Origin: Cirrosporium novae-zelandiae | Lineage: Eukaryota | Assembly (NCBI GenBank): GCA_026023565.1 | Contig: JAPETS010000003.1 | Span: forward strand, 124,001 to 188,000 | Direction of reading: 5' to 3' | DNA: 64,000 nt | Shown: positions 36,901 through 49,400 of the stretch, piece by piece | Position numbering within the stretch: position 1 is the first letter of the stretch | Layout: every line of letters starts with the position of its first letter | Notes under the pieces: model-generated | What the model was told of the DNA's origin: nothing | Seen by the model: the letters and a program-made list of their open reading frames with translations, nothing else | The model's database searches: none | Program-made: the position numbers and the translations under genes

Positions 36901-39900
36901 CCTTGAATGTGCCATAGTTCCTATTGATCAACGACTTTTGACAAAGCCATCCTATAATTTGCGGATATCATATCCTGATTTTTCCCTCTCATGACTATGA
37001 CTTGTGGCAGTGGTATCGAAAGGGATGATACAGCGTATGTCTGGTTTTAACGCGATTCATATATTCATTAACCTCATTCGAATATACTTGGAAAAATCAT
37101 CCAACCATTAAGATTCCAAGATCCTTCGAAGCCATAGAGATTCACATGAGCCACGTGGCAGTACACGCCCCTTCCACTAGAGCTTGCCATCGGGAATTTT
37201 CATTCCCATCATATCGTCGCAAAACTCATAGCTCGGGGACCATAGGATTGCTCACAACACTCGTGCGAGAGTGATGCCCCCTTTCATAAGTGCCATCCTT
37301 CGCCCTCGATAAATCCATGTCAATATTTGGATTTAAGTGTTCAGCCTCCAACTTGGCCCTTTGAATGAGCCTACACTCATCGTCGTGTGACGCTCTCACA
37401 TGACATCCAGCTACTGTGTGCCATGGTGTGTCTGGATTCTGTCTGGTATTTTATATTTACCATTCCTAGCCGGGCTATAGCAGACCAAACCGAGAAAATT
37501 CAAAGGTGCTTTTGGTATACGGTAGCACTTTGACCGAAAGCCCGCGGGTGCTTTGCAACTGGAAACAAGCTCGAGCTCAGGATGGAAGGCGATGGATGAC
37601 AGGGGATACTCAGGGCCCCTGTGCCAGTCTATCCGGCAGCTTTTCGTCAAGATGGCCTTCCAATGACGATGAAGGACCCGCCGAAAGACGTGATAAGAGA
37701 AATTGACGCAGGATATTCCAACGTATTACACCGAGTCTAACAGACCCACAAGAGAAGCTTGGATGTGATACGCGTTCAGTGACCTTGTCATACCTATCAA
37801 GCTCCACAGCCTCGTCGGGTCGGCAAGTCTACTTTAAATTTGTTCACTTGAGGGAGGGAACATCAAACCTCATAGACCGGATGAGGGCAGCAAAGTCCCC
37901 ATGATGGCTCGAGACAACCTCGCTAGGGAGGGGCACCCAATATATGCACCTCGAGACGATGCTTGTGCATGAAAGCCAAGGCTTCAACACGACCAAGACT
38001 CAATAAAATCATCTTCGTCACATGAAACGACAACGGGGAATTCAAGTTTTCAAGTTCTCAAAAAAAAAGTAGGAATCATACCCATGCATACAATAACGAG
38101 GAACATCAACAAAATAAGAGGTATTCGCGGAATTCATACATCTAGCTACGTATATGTACAGGGTAGTTAAGAATTCAAAAAAAAGGGTAATCCGAGTCCA
38201 AACATAATTAACCTAACACTTTCACGGATCCCCCTATTGGATTATCCGGATATATATTCCGTGAAGACCGAAACATGAATTGAGTTCTTTCCCCTCGCAC
38301 CTATTCTCCACTGAATGGCCAGCCAGTCCTTGATTCAAAAAAAAAAAAAAAGAAGGCCAACCAGCATGCGATCCAAGCACACAACCGAACCGGTAGTCCG
38401 GGAACAAACACACCCACCCCACAAAACCCCCCCTCCCCTGTCTTGAATCCGAAACTAAGAGAAAAAATTCCACCCCTCACTCAGAAGGAAGAAGAAGCAC
38501 CCTTCGAGTAAAAAAGGGAATAAGGAAAGCTTTGAAGCTTGAACTACATAATTTATCTATATTCTTTGAAAGGAAGGGGAGATGGTATTAGTTGTACTCA
38601 ACTGCATATCTCAGAATCCTAACCGACGAAAGGAGTTTCCACCCCCCTTCTCCCCTCCCCAAAAAAAAGAACCCCAACATTTGTTGTCCCCTCCCTTACT
38701 TAGCCCATCTTTTTCATCCCTCCTCGAGGCATGAACCGTATTGAAGTATAATAACTCAGCGAAACTTTTCCCGATATCTCAAAACGGAAATAACCTCTCC
38801 CTTCCCCCCCCCCCACCCCTTCCATTTCCCACACAAACACAAACACAAGTTTCAATTTTCATTTTTTCATTTCTCAAACATCATCCCCTGAACTGTCCCC
38901 GGAAGGCTATCGCCCGCAGGGGTGTCATATAAGGATTATAATAGACCAGATAACTATTTTCAGGCAGAATCAGGTATCAACTGTCTGAATGAATAATGTT
39001 GAGCCTAAGATCTTATCATTGGACTGATTGACCTTTTAGTTTTACCCCCCCCCCTTGCTAGCGATAGCCATTGGAAGACGCTCTAGGGGATGATGATTTC
39101 GATTTCGATTTTGAAACTCGGTTCGTTAATATGGGAGGGAGGGGGGGGGGTTAGGGATAAGGAATAGGGAATAGGAAGGGAGCCTAATTAACATCCGATC
39201 CGAGTTCCTTGTTGCCGTCAAAGAATTAAGATATTTGCTCCTAGATAGATATTCAAGCTAGGTTGGTTAGATAGGTAGGTAGTTAGATAGGGGATCTATG
39301 ATGGGATCTCTACTTTCCTTACCTTATCCTCTTATCCCTCTTATCCCTCAGTCTAAGCACCAAGTACCTATAAAAGAAACCTAGCTACCTACACACAAAA
39401 AATAACAACAACAATAATAATTCGAAATCAATCACCCACTGAAGGGATTATGATTATGATTATACATACATACCCCTCAATGGACATATATGAGAGATAT
39501 ATATAGAGAGAGAGAGAGAATGAGAGAGAGAGGGGGGGGAGGGAGGGAGCTTCTTGCTTCTCTGTACATACAAATATATATAGGTATGTATCTTAGGTAT
39601 ATATATATGGGGAATCACCACCCCCATTTCATAATTACTTGACTTACTCACATGCTTATACACACACATACCACATACACACAAATGGAAAGGGAAAGGA
39701 AATGGGGGGGTTTTTTTGATTATTTTTTTTGTGTGTGTGCGTGCATTGATTGGGATGGGGATGGGTATGTGGATGGATGAGTAGGTAGGTAGGTAGATAT
39801 GTAGTTAGGATTGGGATATCTATTTTATCTAGGTACCTACTCTACCTTACCTGCCCTTACTTACTCTTCTTACATCTTACATCTTACATTTTACATTTTA

Positions 39901-41308
39901 CATCCTTATATCCCATTCAACCTTTTCAACAAACCTTCTATGTGTGCATGTTGTGTGCATGAACTCTCAGCTCCTAGCTCCTAGCTCTTGAGATTGAGAG
40001 AGAGAGAAAAAAAAAAAGGGAAAAGGGAGAAGGGAGAAGGGGTGTATATATATATATATATATATACATACGATAAAACATAAATGCTTTCATGGATATA
40101 GATATAAATCCCTAATGCCCCAAACCCCAAATCTCCCCCCCTCTCCCTCTTCCACTTCCTTTTCATCCCCCCCCCTTCGTCCTAGAACTAAACCTCAAAC
40201 CTCTCAACATTTCCAATAACCTCTACCCTCCATATAGCCTCTCCATATAGTCCACCCTCCCATAAAAATATATACTTCCATTCCATGCTTATTCAAAGGA
40301 CCTTGAGCCTCAAGACCTCAACCGCAGAAAAAAATCGAGAGAAAGAAAGGGAATGTGTTATTTGCTAGGGCACGTAGGGCTAGAGTGGTTGGTGGTATGG
40401 TATGGTAATTCTTTAAGGGGGTGTGGGTGGGTTTTGAGTTTATTTTTATTTTATTTTATTTTTCGTTTTTTTTGGGGGGGGAGAGGGAGAGGGAGAGGGA
40501 GAGGGACTAGGGATTTATTCATCCTATTATATAGAGATAGATATGGTGGATAGTGGCATGTATGTATTTATAACAGTAAAGTACCTAGGTAAGTAAGTAA
40601 AAGTGAGAAAGCGGCTGGGGAAGGTTATGGTTTAGATTGGGTATTTATGTGCTGGATAGATAGATGTATTATGCATCTACATATGAAGCACAATGGAATA
40701 GACATTCAAAGTCTCCCAAATAGGAGAGGATAAGAAGGATAGCATAGCATAGTAGAGCCCAAATCCCACAGTTCCCTCATTTACTTTAGCCAAATTTACA
40801 GTATGGAACATTTTATGGAATAGTTTGAGATGATGATTATGCCTAATTCGATTTCCCTCATTGGTGAATGCACCACGTATCTGCAATCGGGGGTGTAATG
40901 GAAATAAAAAAAGGAATGAGGCAAAAAAAAAGAAAGAGGAAAAGGAAAACAGGCCCCCTTTCCTCCTCCCCCCCTAGTTATTCACCCACTCAAGTTTTAA
41001 CTAACTCAAGTTATCGAGAACCCATTGTGCAAAAGTGAAAAAAGTGTAAATGTAAGCTGTCCACCTTGTGTCTGTGCCATTCCATCAACATCTTTTTGCA
41101 TCCATCTTCCAAATAATGTTCACCCACAGTCTGAGAAATTCCGAGTCCCTCCCAAGGGAGAACAAGCAGATTATATCCATCCATAACATATGAAGTGGAA
41201 CATGAGAGCGAAAGAGAGTATCACATGCTGCTAGGCAAACCCTAAAGCAGATGAACTTGCAGTAAGAAAGAGACAGTCAACTACCACAGATCACTAGATC
41301 TCGCCACC

Positions 41309-43414
41309 TCATGAAGGCGACCCTTGATATCCACCAAAGTTGTTCCCATTGAAGCCACCAGGAGCATTTGGCTGTCCCCAGCCGCCAGGAGGTCCCTGAT
41401 TGCCACGAGCATACCCGCCAGGCATCTGTCCGCCAGCCATTTGAGCACCAGGCATTTGTCCAGCTGGCATTTGGCCACCACCCATCTGACCGGTTGGCAT
41501 TCCGTATCCTTGGCCAGGCATTCCCGCCCCCCCAAAGGGAGCTTGGTCTTGGCCCCATCCCCGAGCACCAGGAGATGGCCCTAAGCAGTATTAGTATAAA
41601 GCCAGAACTGAGAGGTTGATGAGACATGTCTACCTTGTGGAGTCATTCCTTGGGGGGTCATGGGCCCTGCTGGTCCACCATACTGAGGGAAATAAGCAGA
41701 CGGTGTCTGTGGATATGCGGATGCACCACCTTGTTGTGGTGAATATTGCTGATCAAATGAGCCCGTAGGCGGTCTATCCTTCCCCCACTAAAAGGAGTTA
41801 GATTCGAAGATGTAATGATAAAGTGAAGGAAGACTTACGCTGCATTTGAGAGGGCGTCCATTGACATTGTACCCACTAAGTTGGCAGATGGCCATTGCGG
41901 CATTCTCGTGGGTGTCCATTTTGATGAACGCAAATCCACGATCGGCTTGGAAGCGGGTCTCAACAACATATCCAAAGTTCTGGAACAAAGGAACAATGTC
42001 GTTTTGAGTGGTGTAGGGTGTTAAGTTGCCTACGTAGCAAGTGGTCTGATAACTGGGAGTTTGTGCCACAATCATATCGTAGCTCTGAACTCCATGGGTA
42101 GGGTACTGGTGATGGCCATATGGAGGGTTGGGTGGCATGCCCATTGCAGCCATAGCTTGCTGCTGGGAGAACGACGGCTGGCCCTTTTGATTTGCCCAGT
42201 TGCAGCGGATGGCACGGGAGCCTAACCATTCACCATCCATAGAACTTAGGGCCTTCTCCGCATCAGCTCGATCACGGAATGCGACAAACCCATATCCACG
42301 AGAACGACCCGTTTTCATATCCCACATGACTCTCGCCTCAGACACGCCACCAAAAGCAGAAAAAGCTTGCAACAAAACTTCATCGTTAACTTCGTTACTA
42401 AGGTCACCAACAAAGATGTGGAAATGCCCCGAAGTATCTTCTTTGCTTGTTGTATTAGACTGATAAGCCCAGTTGACGCGAATTTCCTGTCACATTAATG
42501 AGCTCATGCTAAAGATTCAAAAGGAACTTCACCATGCTACTTTCAACTTACCGTGTTATGAATGCGACGACCATTCAACGTGGTCATGGCACGTTCAGCT
42601 GCTCCTGGATCATCATACTCCACAAAACCATAATTGGTTCCCTTGCTCTGAAACTTGGTCCAAGGTTAGCATGACTTGTTATGGAACAAGATTAGGTAAG
42701 GCAGCAGCACTAATCCCTCTACGGCTACTATATCATGGCACCGACGAAGATAACCTAGATATTGTCCGATACAAACATTTCACTCCTTTGATGGAGGTCC
42801 GGCTTTGAAAGCAAGATGTGAATGGAATCAATCATCTTAGAGGAGTCTGTTGTGCGCCAGGCACAAATGAAACTCTTCTCAGGACGGCAATGCTGAAGTT
42901 CATCTCCAGGAGGAGGATGAACTTGGGATCACGGACACGTGCGAATGTCCCAAAGGCAATGGAGTGGAAAGGAGTTGACATAAAGAAATTCACATACTGG
43001 AAGAGAATTTTCACTCACGCTTACGTTTTTATCTGGTATGATTTTAACGCTTTGCACATGTCCAGTTGTTTCAAAGATTTGACGCAGCACATCCTCAGTT
43101 ACTCGAGGATCCAACCCACCAACATAAAGAGCACGCTTATTAGGTTCTGGAGCAGCACGTCGGACAAACCCCCCACCACTAGTAGGAGACATCATGGAAT
43201 TTGATACACTCCCTCCCATAGGCGATGTAATCGCTGTAGGGATAGGATTTGTGTTTTGTGGGATCACCACTGGTGGCAAAGGAGGGGGTGGCATATGTGC
43301 CGGGTTACTCCCCGCACCTTGTTGGCCATTATCCATAGGTTGACCGGGTGGACCACCAGGCATCTGAGGCGCCGGGGGCATTGCTGAAGATTGAGGATTC
43401 GCTGTATCTGCCAT
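41309..43414 (-). CDS. PUB1: three-RRM poly(U)-binding protein Pub1 (TIA-1/TIAR family), 5 exons
   Basis: RRM1 ALYVGGL..NYGFVEY, RRM2 HIFVGDLS..SRGYGFV, RRM3 CYVGNL..RGFAFI; Q/G/P-rich tail; introns ~42654-43024, 42487-42551, 41788-41838, 41581-41633. Confidence 0.93.
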
Positions 43415-44594
43415 GACTGTATGGAACCAAGGGGTATCACTGCGAAACTAAAGCACCGTATTCTGAAGAAAAGATCCAACCCGAAATAATTTTTGTCAAG
43501 AAGGACAATGAAAGAATGCTGAAGAACCGGAGGAATGCTGTTAAGTCTGACTAGGAGAAAAATCATTAGGAAAGGAACCGAGATCCATGGCACACACAAG
43601 AGACTCTTACTGCAGTGACGAAACTTGTCTAAACTTGTCTTCACACACGTGTCGCAAAGGACCAGCTTATCGACAGAACAAAGCTGAAGTTGTGTTGTGG
43701 AAAAATCTTTTTTTTGATATCCAAATTGAGAAGACGTGAGAAGTAGTTTTGTTTGAGAATAGTGCGAGATGTAGCTGTCGAAGTCGAAATCGATAAAAGC
43801 TACGAGATGGAGAATGAAAGAAGATACGACAAGAGACTTGAGATGAAAGACGACTCCAAGATCCTAAAGAAGGCCCGGTAGGGAGCGGGCTATGTAGTCG
43901 CTGTTGGTCGTCCTGAAAAGATGTGAGGCTAGGAGAACAGGTAAAGAAGAGAGTTGACGGGAGGATAAGCGTGGGGAAAATGAGGAAGAAAGAGAAGATT
44001 GACAGTTAAGAGCTTTCCATCTGTCAAGATGGTGAGTGAATTCAGAAACCAAAATAGGTGGTGCAATTAGATTCTCGGTTAACCACGGCAGCTAACGATA
44101 TTAGGAAAAGTTGAAAAAAACGGGGCGGGGTCACAGCTTTCGCGGTAGATGCCGATGGTATTGCCTCATACCCCTTTGTTATTATGGTACTGCATGGGGG
44201 GGGATGCTTGGGGGTCATTGGGGGAGAAAGAACTGGCCTTTGGTTTCAAGCATACAAGAAAGAAAAGCAGGGTCCATACCACTCCGAAAGCTAACCAGGT
44301 AATTACCATGTTTACTTCTGCAAGTATTATCCATCATCATCGCCACAGGATTTGAAAAGAACATACCATACATGGCATATTACCCACAGATTACCACCAG
44401 TGCACATTGAAATTTGCAGGTGGACCAAGCGTCGACCCAAATCATTCAAACGCGGAGTGACGAAAGTGTCCCCTTGACTTCCCTTGTAGAATCATTATTA
44501 TTTAAAACCCCTCCCTTCCTCCCAAAACACTTGTATCGCAGTCAGCTTTCTCGATTTCTCTACAAAAAACACGTTTTATAGACCAACAATCGAT

Positions 44595-45789
44595 ATGACT
44601 GCAAAACCTCCAGCCTCCAACGATCCGTTGGATATTCTCCCAGCCATGCTCAACGATATGGTGTGTAATCCATTATCGTTGCTGATTACTGTCTAAACCC
44701 TGTATTGACTATAATCATAGCTCATTCAAACCGGGAAATTGTTTCGAGATCCATCCCTGCATAGCTCCAAGACTCCTGTCAATGGACAGGTGCAACGAGC
44801 CATGGAACATACCAATGATCGTTATCACGAAGCCCTAGATACCCTTGAGCTCGAAATTGTCAGAATCCATTTTCCAATAATCTACTAAATCAATGCTGAC
44901 AACCACTTAGACGCGCGCAAAAGCAATTATGGAACGAGATCTGAAGGCTATTCTGTCGCGGCGGTCTAGGGAAGAGCAGGAATTTGCTGCAGAGAAGGCT
45001 CGTATTCTAGGCCAACAAGTAAACGCAGAAAGCCCTTCGAATCTCTCAAAAGATGATACGGAGAAGCCCAAGGCGACTAACGGTATCAACGGTGGACTAG
45101 AAAAGGCCGAGGATGTGCAAATGACTGAGGCTCCAACTCAGGCGGAAGGTTTGCGTACGCAGGCGCAGGAACATGCAAATCAAATATCCGATGTTCCAGG
45201 CCCTAATGCGTCTACTCAATCAAGTACACAACCAGTAGAGAAAGCGAAACCAACTGATGTTGGGGCTCAGCCTGGAGCAAACCAGCAGCTGCCTTCACCA
45301 TTGCCACAAGGAGACCATGTCGGGACTACAGAAACGATTGATCTCGATCTATTTGGTTCTACATCCGGGCAGCACGATACCACCGATCTAAACTTCAACA
45401 TGGACGACTTTATCACCAACGGGACCGACGATCAACCCTTTTCCCACCAACAGCACGCGGAGACATCTACCACATCTGCTGATACAAATGCCCCAGCAGC
45501 TGCTCCGGAAGATCTCCTTTCGCTTCTCCCGGGGTTGGAATCGTATGTTGGTAATGATTTCCCAAATCCATCAGCAGATTTTGTGATACCGGAAACGCAG
45601 CATAACGGGAACGGGGGTGGTGAAGAGCAACACCCACCAGCCGAAGACAGCGCCCATCATGAAAATAGTAATATGCCAATGGGCTCTAACTTTGACGACC
45701 TTTTCTTCGAGGAAACTGCAGATCTCGGGGCTGATTCACTAGCAGAAATTGGGGATTTTAATGACGACTGGTTCAAGATTGGAGACTAG
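44595..45789 (+). CDS. hypothetical protein, possibly Mediator tail subunit (Med2/Med29-like), 3 exons
   Basis: spliced MTAKPP...MLNDM|LIQTGKLF...RYHEALDTLELEI|TRAKAIMERDL helical N-terminus, then a long acidic disordered tail ending FDDLFF...DDWFKIGD; introns 44661-44720 and ~44859-44910; the Mediator assignment is tentative. Confidence 0.55.
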
Positions 45790-45965
45790 AAAGGAAGAAT
45801 ATATGAATGATTTTATTTAGTCCAATAATGTGTGATGATTACAATCCTAAAGCATAAGCCACGGGAAGCTCGGTTAGTCAGTCAAGTAGTAGATGCACGG
45901 ACCACAGTACAGTACGCAGTAATGGGAGAGTCAGCGAGGTTGTCAGCAAGGCACAGGAGATTCGA

Positions 45966-46067
45966 CGAGATGTGATGGGATATGATGAGATACGATGGGA
46001 TACGATGGGATACGATGGGATACGATGGGATACGATGGGATACGATGGGATACGATGGGATACGATA
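45966..46067. repeat. 10-bp minisatellite (TACGATGGGA)n
   Basis: 7 perfect copies at 45991-46060 with degenerate flanking copies. Confidence 0.95.
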
Positions 46068-46402
46068 GGTTACATTTCATCAGTCAGCCAACTTTATGGT
46101 TAACCTGCATGGCACGTGACGGGGGTTTGCAGAAAGGCTTTACTTCTTTCCTACGTCATTGGTTGAATTGCTGCATGAGCTCCCGCATCCCAGCCCTTGC
46201 TCATCCACCAAAGGTTCAACTCACCTCCAGCCCCGAGACGTACTTCAACCTAGCTTTCCCGACAAAAATGCAATTCAATTCAAAAACAGACCAAGTCTTT
46301 ATATCCATTGCCAGGAGCCCACTCGGTCCCTCGCTCTGTCATTTGTCTTTTAATCTTTAATTCTTTCGGTGAAGCTGAACTGACCTTAACCCTCCATCCG
46401 AT

Positions 46403-49400
46403 ATGACAACCTCTAGAGATCCAGTAGATCCAATCGCTGAATATTCTAGTCATGATGATCAACCGAGAAGGTTTCAAACTGCAGGGACACAGCACAGCCA
46501 GGCGGATTCACAGGCAAAAAAGCCTTTTATACTTAAACGATGGAAAGATAAGCTTGGATTGGACATCCCTACACTGAAATCCATGTTGAAGTGTGTGGAA
46601 ATGCCAATGTCTATTACATGTGTTGTACTAATTCGGTGCTAGAGGTGCAATCCCACCTACCGTTGCTCTTGCAATGTAAGCCCCATAATAGAGTTGTGAG
46701 GGGGGCATTGTTTTAATCATATTTTAGGTATCAGTCGGATGCTGTAGCTAATCAGTATGGAAACCTGGGCTACCTTGTTGCTATTGCTTCCATGCTATCT
46801 CTTTCTGTCCAGCCTCGTGCCAAGTTCATCCAAACAATGATTCTCGATATTGTGAGCTATCACCCAGTCCTATTTTCCATGGGTAGAAATGAAAGCAACC
46901 AGACCTAAACAAGTACTCCACATTACGTCTTGGGTAGCCTTCAGACAAACAAAATTATAATTTGAATCGACTTTGTTTGAAGGCCTCCTTAGGGCCACTT
47001 TTGGGTCTGATAGTTTTCATTTCTACCCATCCAAAGTACAGTCGTACCATTCTTAAGGAGTGGCTGACCTGGAAAAGCTAGGTGTCTGTATTGGAGCTTC
47101 ATTTGCATTACTCATGATGTACAGCAGCATCAAGGCGAGAGAACATGGTACCAACCGCTCGTCAGCTACGACCCAGAGTAGCGCTGGAGGAACCAAAGTC
47201 GTCCCATATAATGGTTCTGCTAGTGCTGTTGTTGGGATATGGCTGTTCTTTAATATATATTTGGCTAATACGTGGGTTGGTCGAATATTCATTGTCAAAT
47301 TTTCACTGACATTGGCAGTCTCCGCGCTTTCCGTCCCCAGTACATTATGCCAACAATCCTTTACTGCATATTCATTAACGTGGCTGCCACCTATTCAACC
47401 CAGTTCACGAATATGACTCAAGTATATGCTTTCGTCCAACAACTACTGGAAGCTTTTTTAACTGGATTCGGTCTCGCAACTGTTACGTCTTTCCATATAT
47501 TCCCACTAACTTCTCGGCATATTGTCTTCAAAATCTTAGAAGGTTATGTGGCTGGGCTTAAGGGGGCATTGGCACAACAAGGTGCCTACATGCGGAGCTT
47601 GGAAACGTTGGAAACTTGCGGGCCTACCTTAGAAGAGGCAAAGACTCGGACTTCAACGAGGACGAATGGAACGTTGTCAAAGCCTAAGACGAGAGACCCG
47701 GATGCTGAACGCATGGAGCTAGCAGAGAAGCTCAAAGGCCTTTCAGTTGGCTTGAGCGCAAGTTTCGGAAAATTTCGCACCGAAATGATTTTTGCTCGAC
47801 GGGAAGTTGCCCGGGGTAAGCTTGACTACAAGGACTTGAAAGAAATACAACGATTATTTGGTAACCTTCACATTCCCGTCGTCGCTATGCTGACTGTAAA
47901 TGATCTTGTGGAGCGAATCGCAAGGGAGCAGGGCTGGAGGGAGGCACAAGGGTCAGTTGACGACGAGCAAGAAAATAAATGGAACCTCGATCCAACAAGA
48001 ATAAAAAAGCAACAATGGAACACCATCATGCAGTTGATGCATGAACCTTTTGCAGTTCTAACGCAAGCAATGGTTGAGGGACTTGATCATGCCTTATTAA
48101 TACTTGAAATTTCAAACCCCCCGAAACCAAAAAAGTCATCTCCTAACGACGATCTTGAGGCTAGAGGTGACCGTCCCAGGCCCGGTCAGCCAGGATTTGC
48201 CACCTATTTTGAGAGTCAGATTGAAGATTATATTAACATTCGCGGTGAGCACATGAAGAATTGGGCTGAGCAGAAAGATATGGATCTCTCCACCGACAAC
48301 ATTTCCGAATGCTTCACGGAGCATCGGAGGCACCAGAGACATTTATTTCTAGTGCTATATGTATGTCCTCATCTGCATGACTTCAAGTACAGTTCCAGGT
48401 CATTAGTATTTAGCCCGTAGGCGAGTGTACTTTATCCCCTTCATTTCCCCTAAAGACCTCCCTAATAGGACTGGGTTGCTTCTGCCATTTTTCACGCCTG
48501 GACATGTCCCGGGCTCTTAAATGTATGAAAGGGCTAAATACTAATGGCCTGATGCTGTAATGAATTACATCTAGATCCAAGAACTAACAAGCGTTTAGAT
48601 AGAATATTTATTTTGGGCCGCTAGCAAAGCGATACTCGAGCTAGTCCGGTTCGCCGACTTGAAGGTTGCAGATGGTACTATGAAGAAAAAGCGTCTTCTA
48701 TTCCCAAACAAACGGAAAATGGTACAATGGATCAAGTCTCTCACAGAACTAGAAGACTCCAATCCAGACCACACACCGGAAATCCAAGAAATCGGGGTGA
48801 ATATCGTATATGTGGGCGATGGCCTGAGCAAGAAAAAAGACCCCGAACATCTGCCCCCGGCGAATTTATTTGAATCTGCGACAGATAAAATCAGAGCAGT
48901 CTCACATTTCCTCGCCTCCCCGCAATCGGCCTTTGGTTTCAGGGCAGCCTGTGCAGTCATGACAATAGCAATTATTCTGTTTTACCGCAACACACAACAC
49001 TTCTTCATCGAGCAGCGCCTTTTCTGGTCGATGATTATGGTGTCCATTAGCATGACCACCACGGCCGGCTCTGGCATCTTCGGCTTCGCTCTTCGGATAT
49101 TCGGGACCTTTGCCGCCATGTGCGCCTCCTTTATCATCTGGTACATTGTGGACCGCCACACGGCAGGCATTCTCGTGTTCCTGGCTCTCTGGCTCTCCTG
49201 CGCACATTACACCCTCCTGAAATTCCCGGCCATGGTCATGGCCAGCATGATCAGCATGATAACTGTCATCTTAATAATCGGATACGAACTACAAGTCCGG
49301 AAAGAAGGCGTCGTCAAATCCACATCGAACGGGCAACGCTACTACCCGCTCTACGAGCTCGCTCCGTACCGCCTAGCCGTAGTCTGTGGCGGCCTGGCCG

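Noticed and set aside
37890..38045. RNase MRP CR-I-like AAAGTCCCC
   Set aside because: The downstream GGGGAAT cannot complete the P4 helix (GGGGCTYA is needed)
42990..43024. Stwintron ([D1,2] type) in PUB1 suggested by CAG|TATGT
   Set aside because: No G precedes the internal donors, and the internal segment is too short and lacks a branch point; tandem donors explain it better
45991..46060. CRISPR-like array or coding repeat (ORF 45995-46360)
   Set aside because: Head-to-tail repeats with no spacers in a eukaryote; the ORF is a by-product of the minisatellite
46876..47033. 4-bp TCCA target-site duplication around the family A element
   Set aside because: The second copy continues with a similar TC(A/C)AAAGTA, so those bases belong to the TIR; a TA boundary fits both copies better
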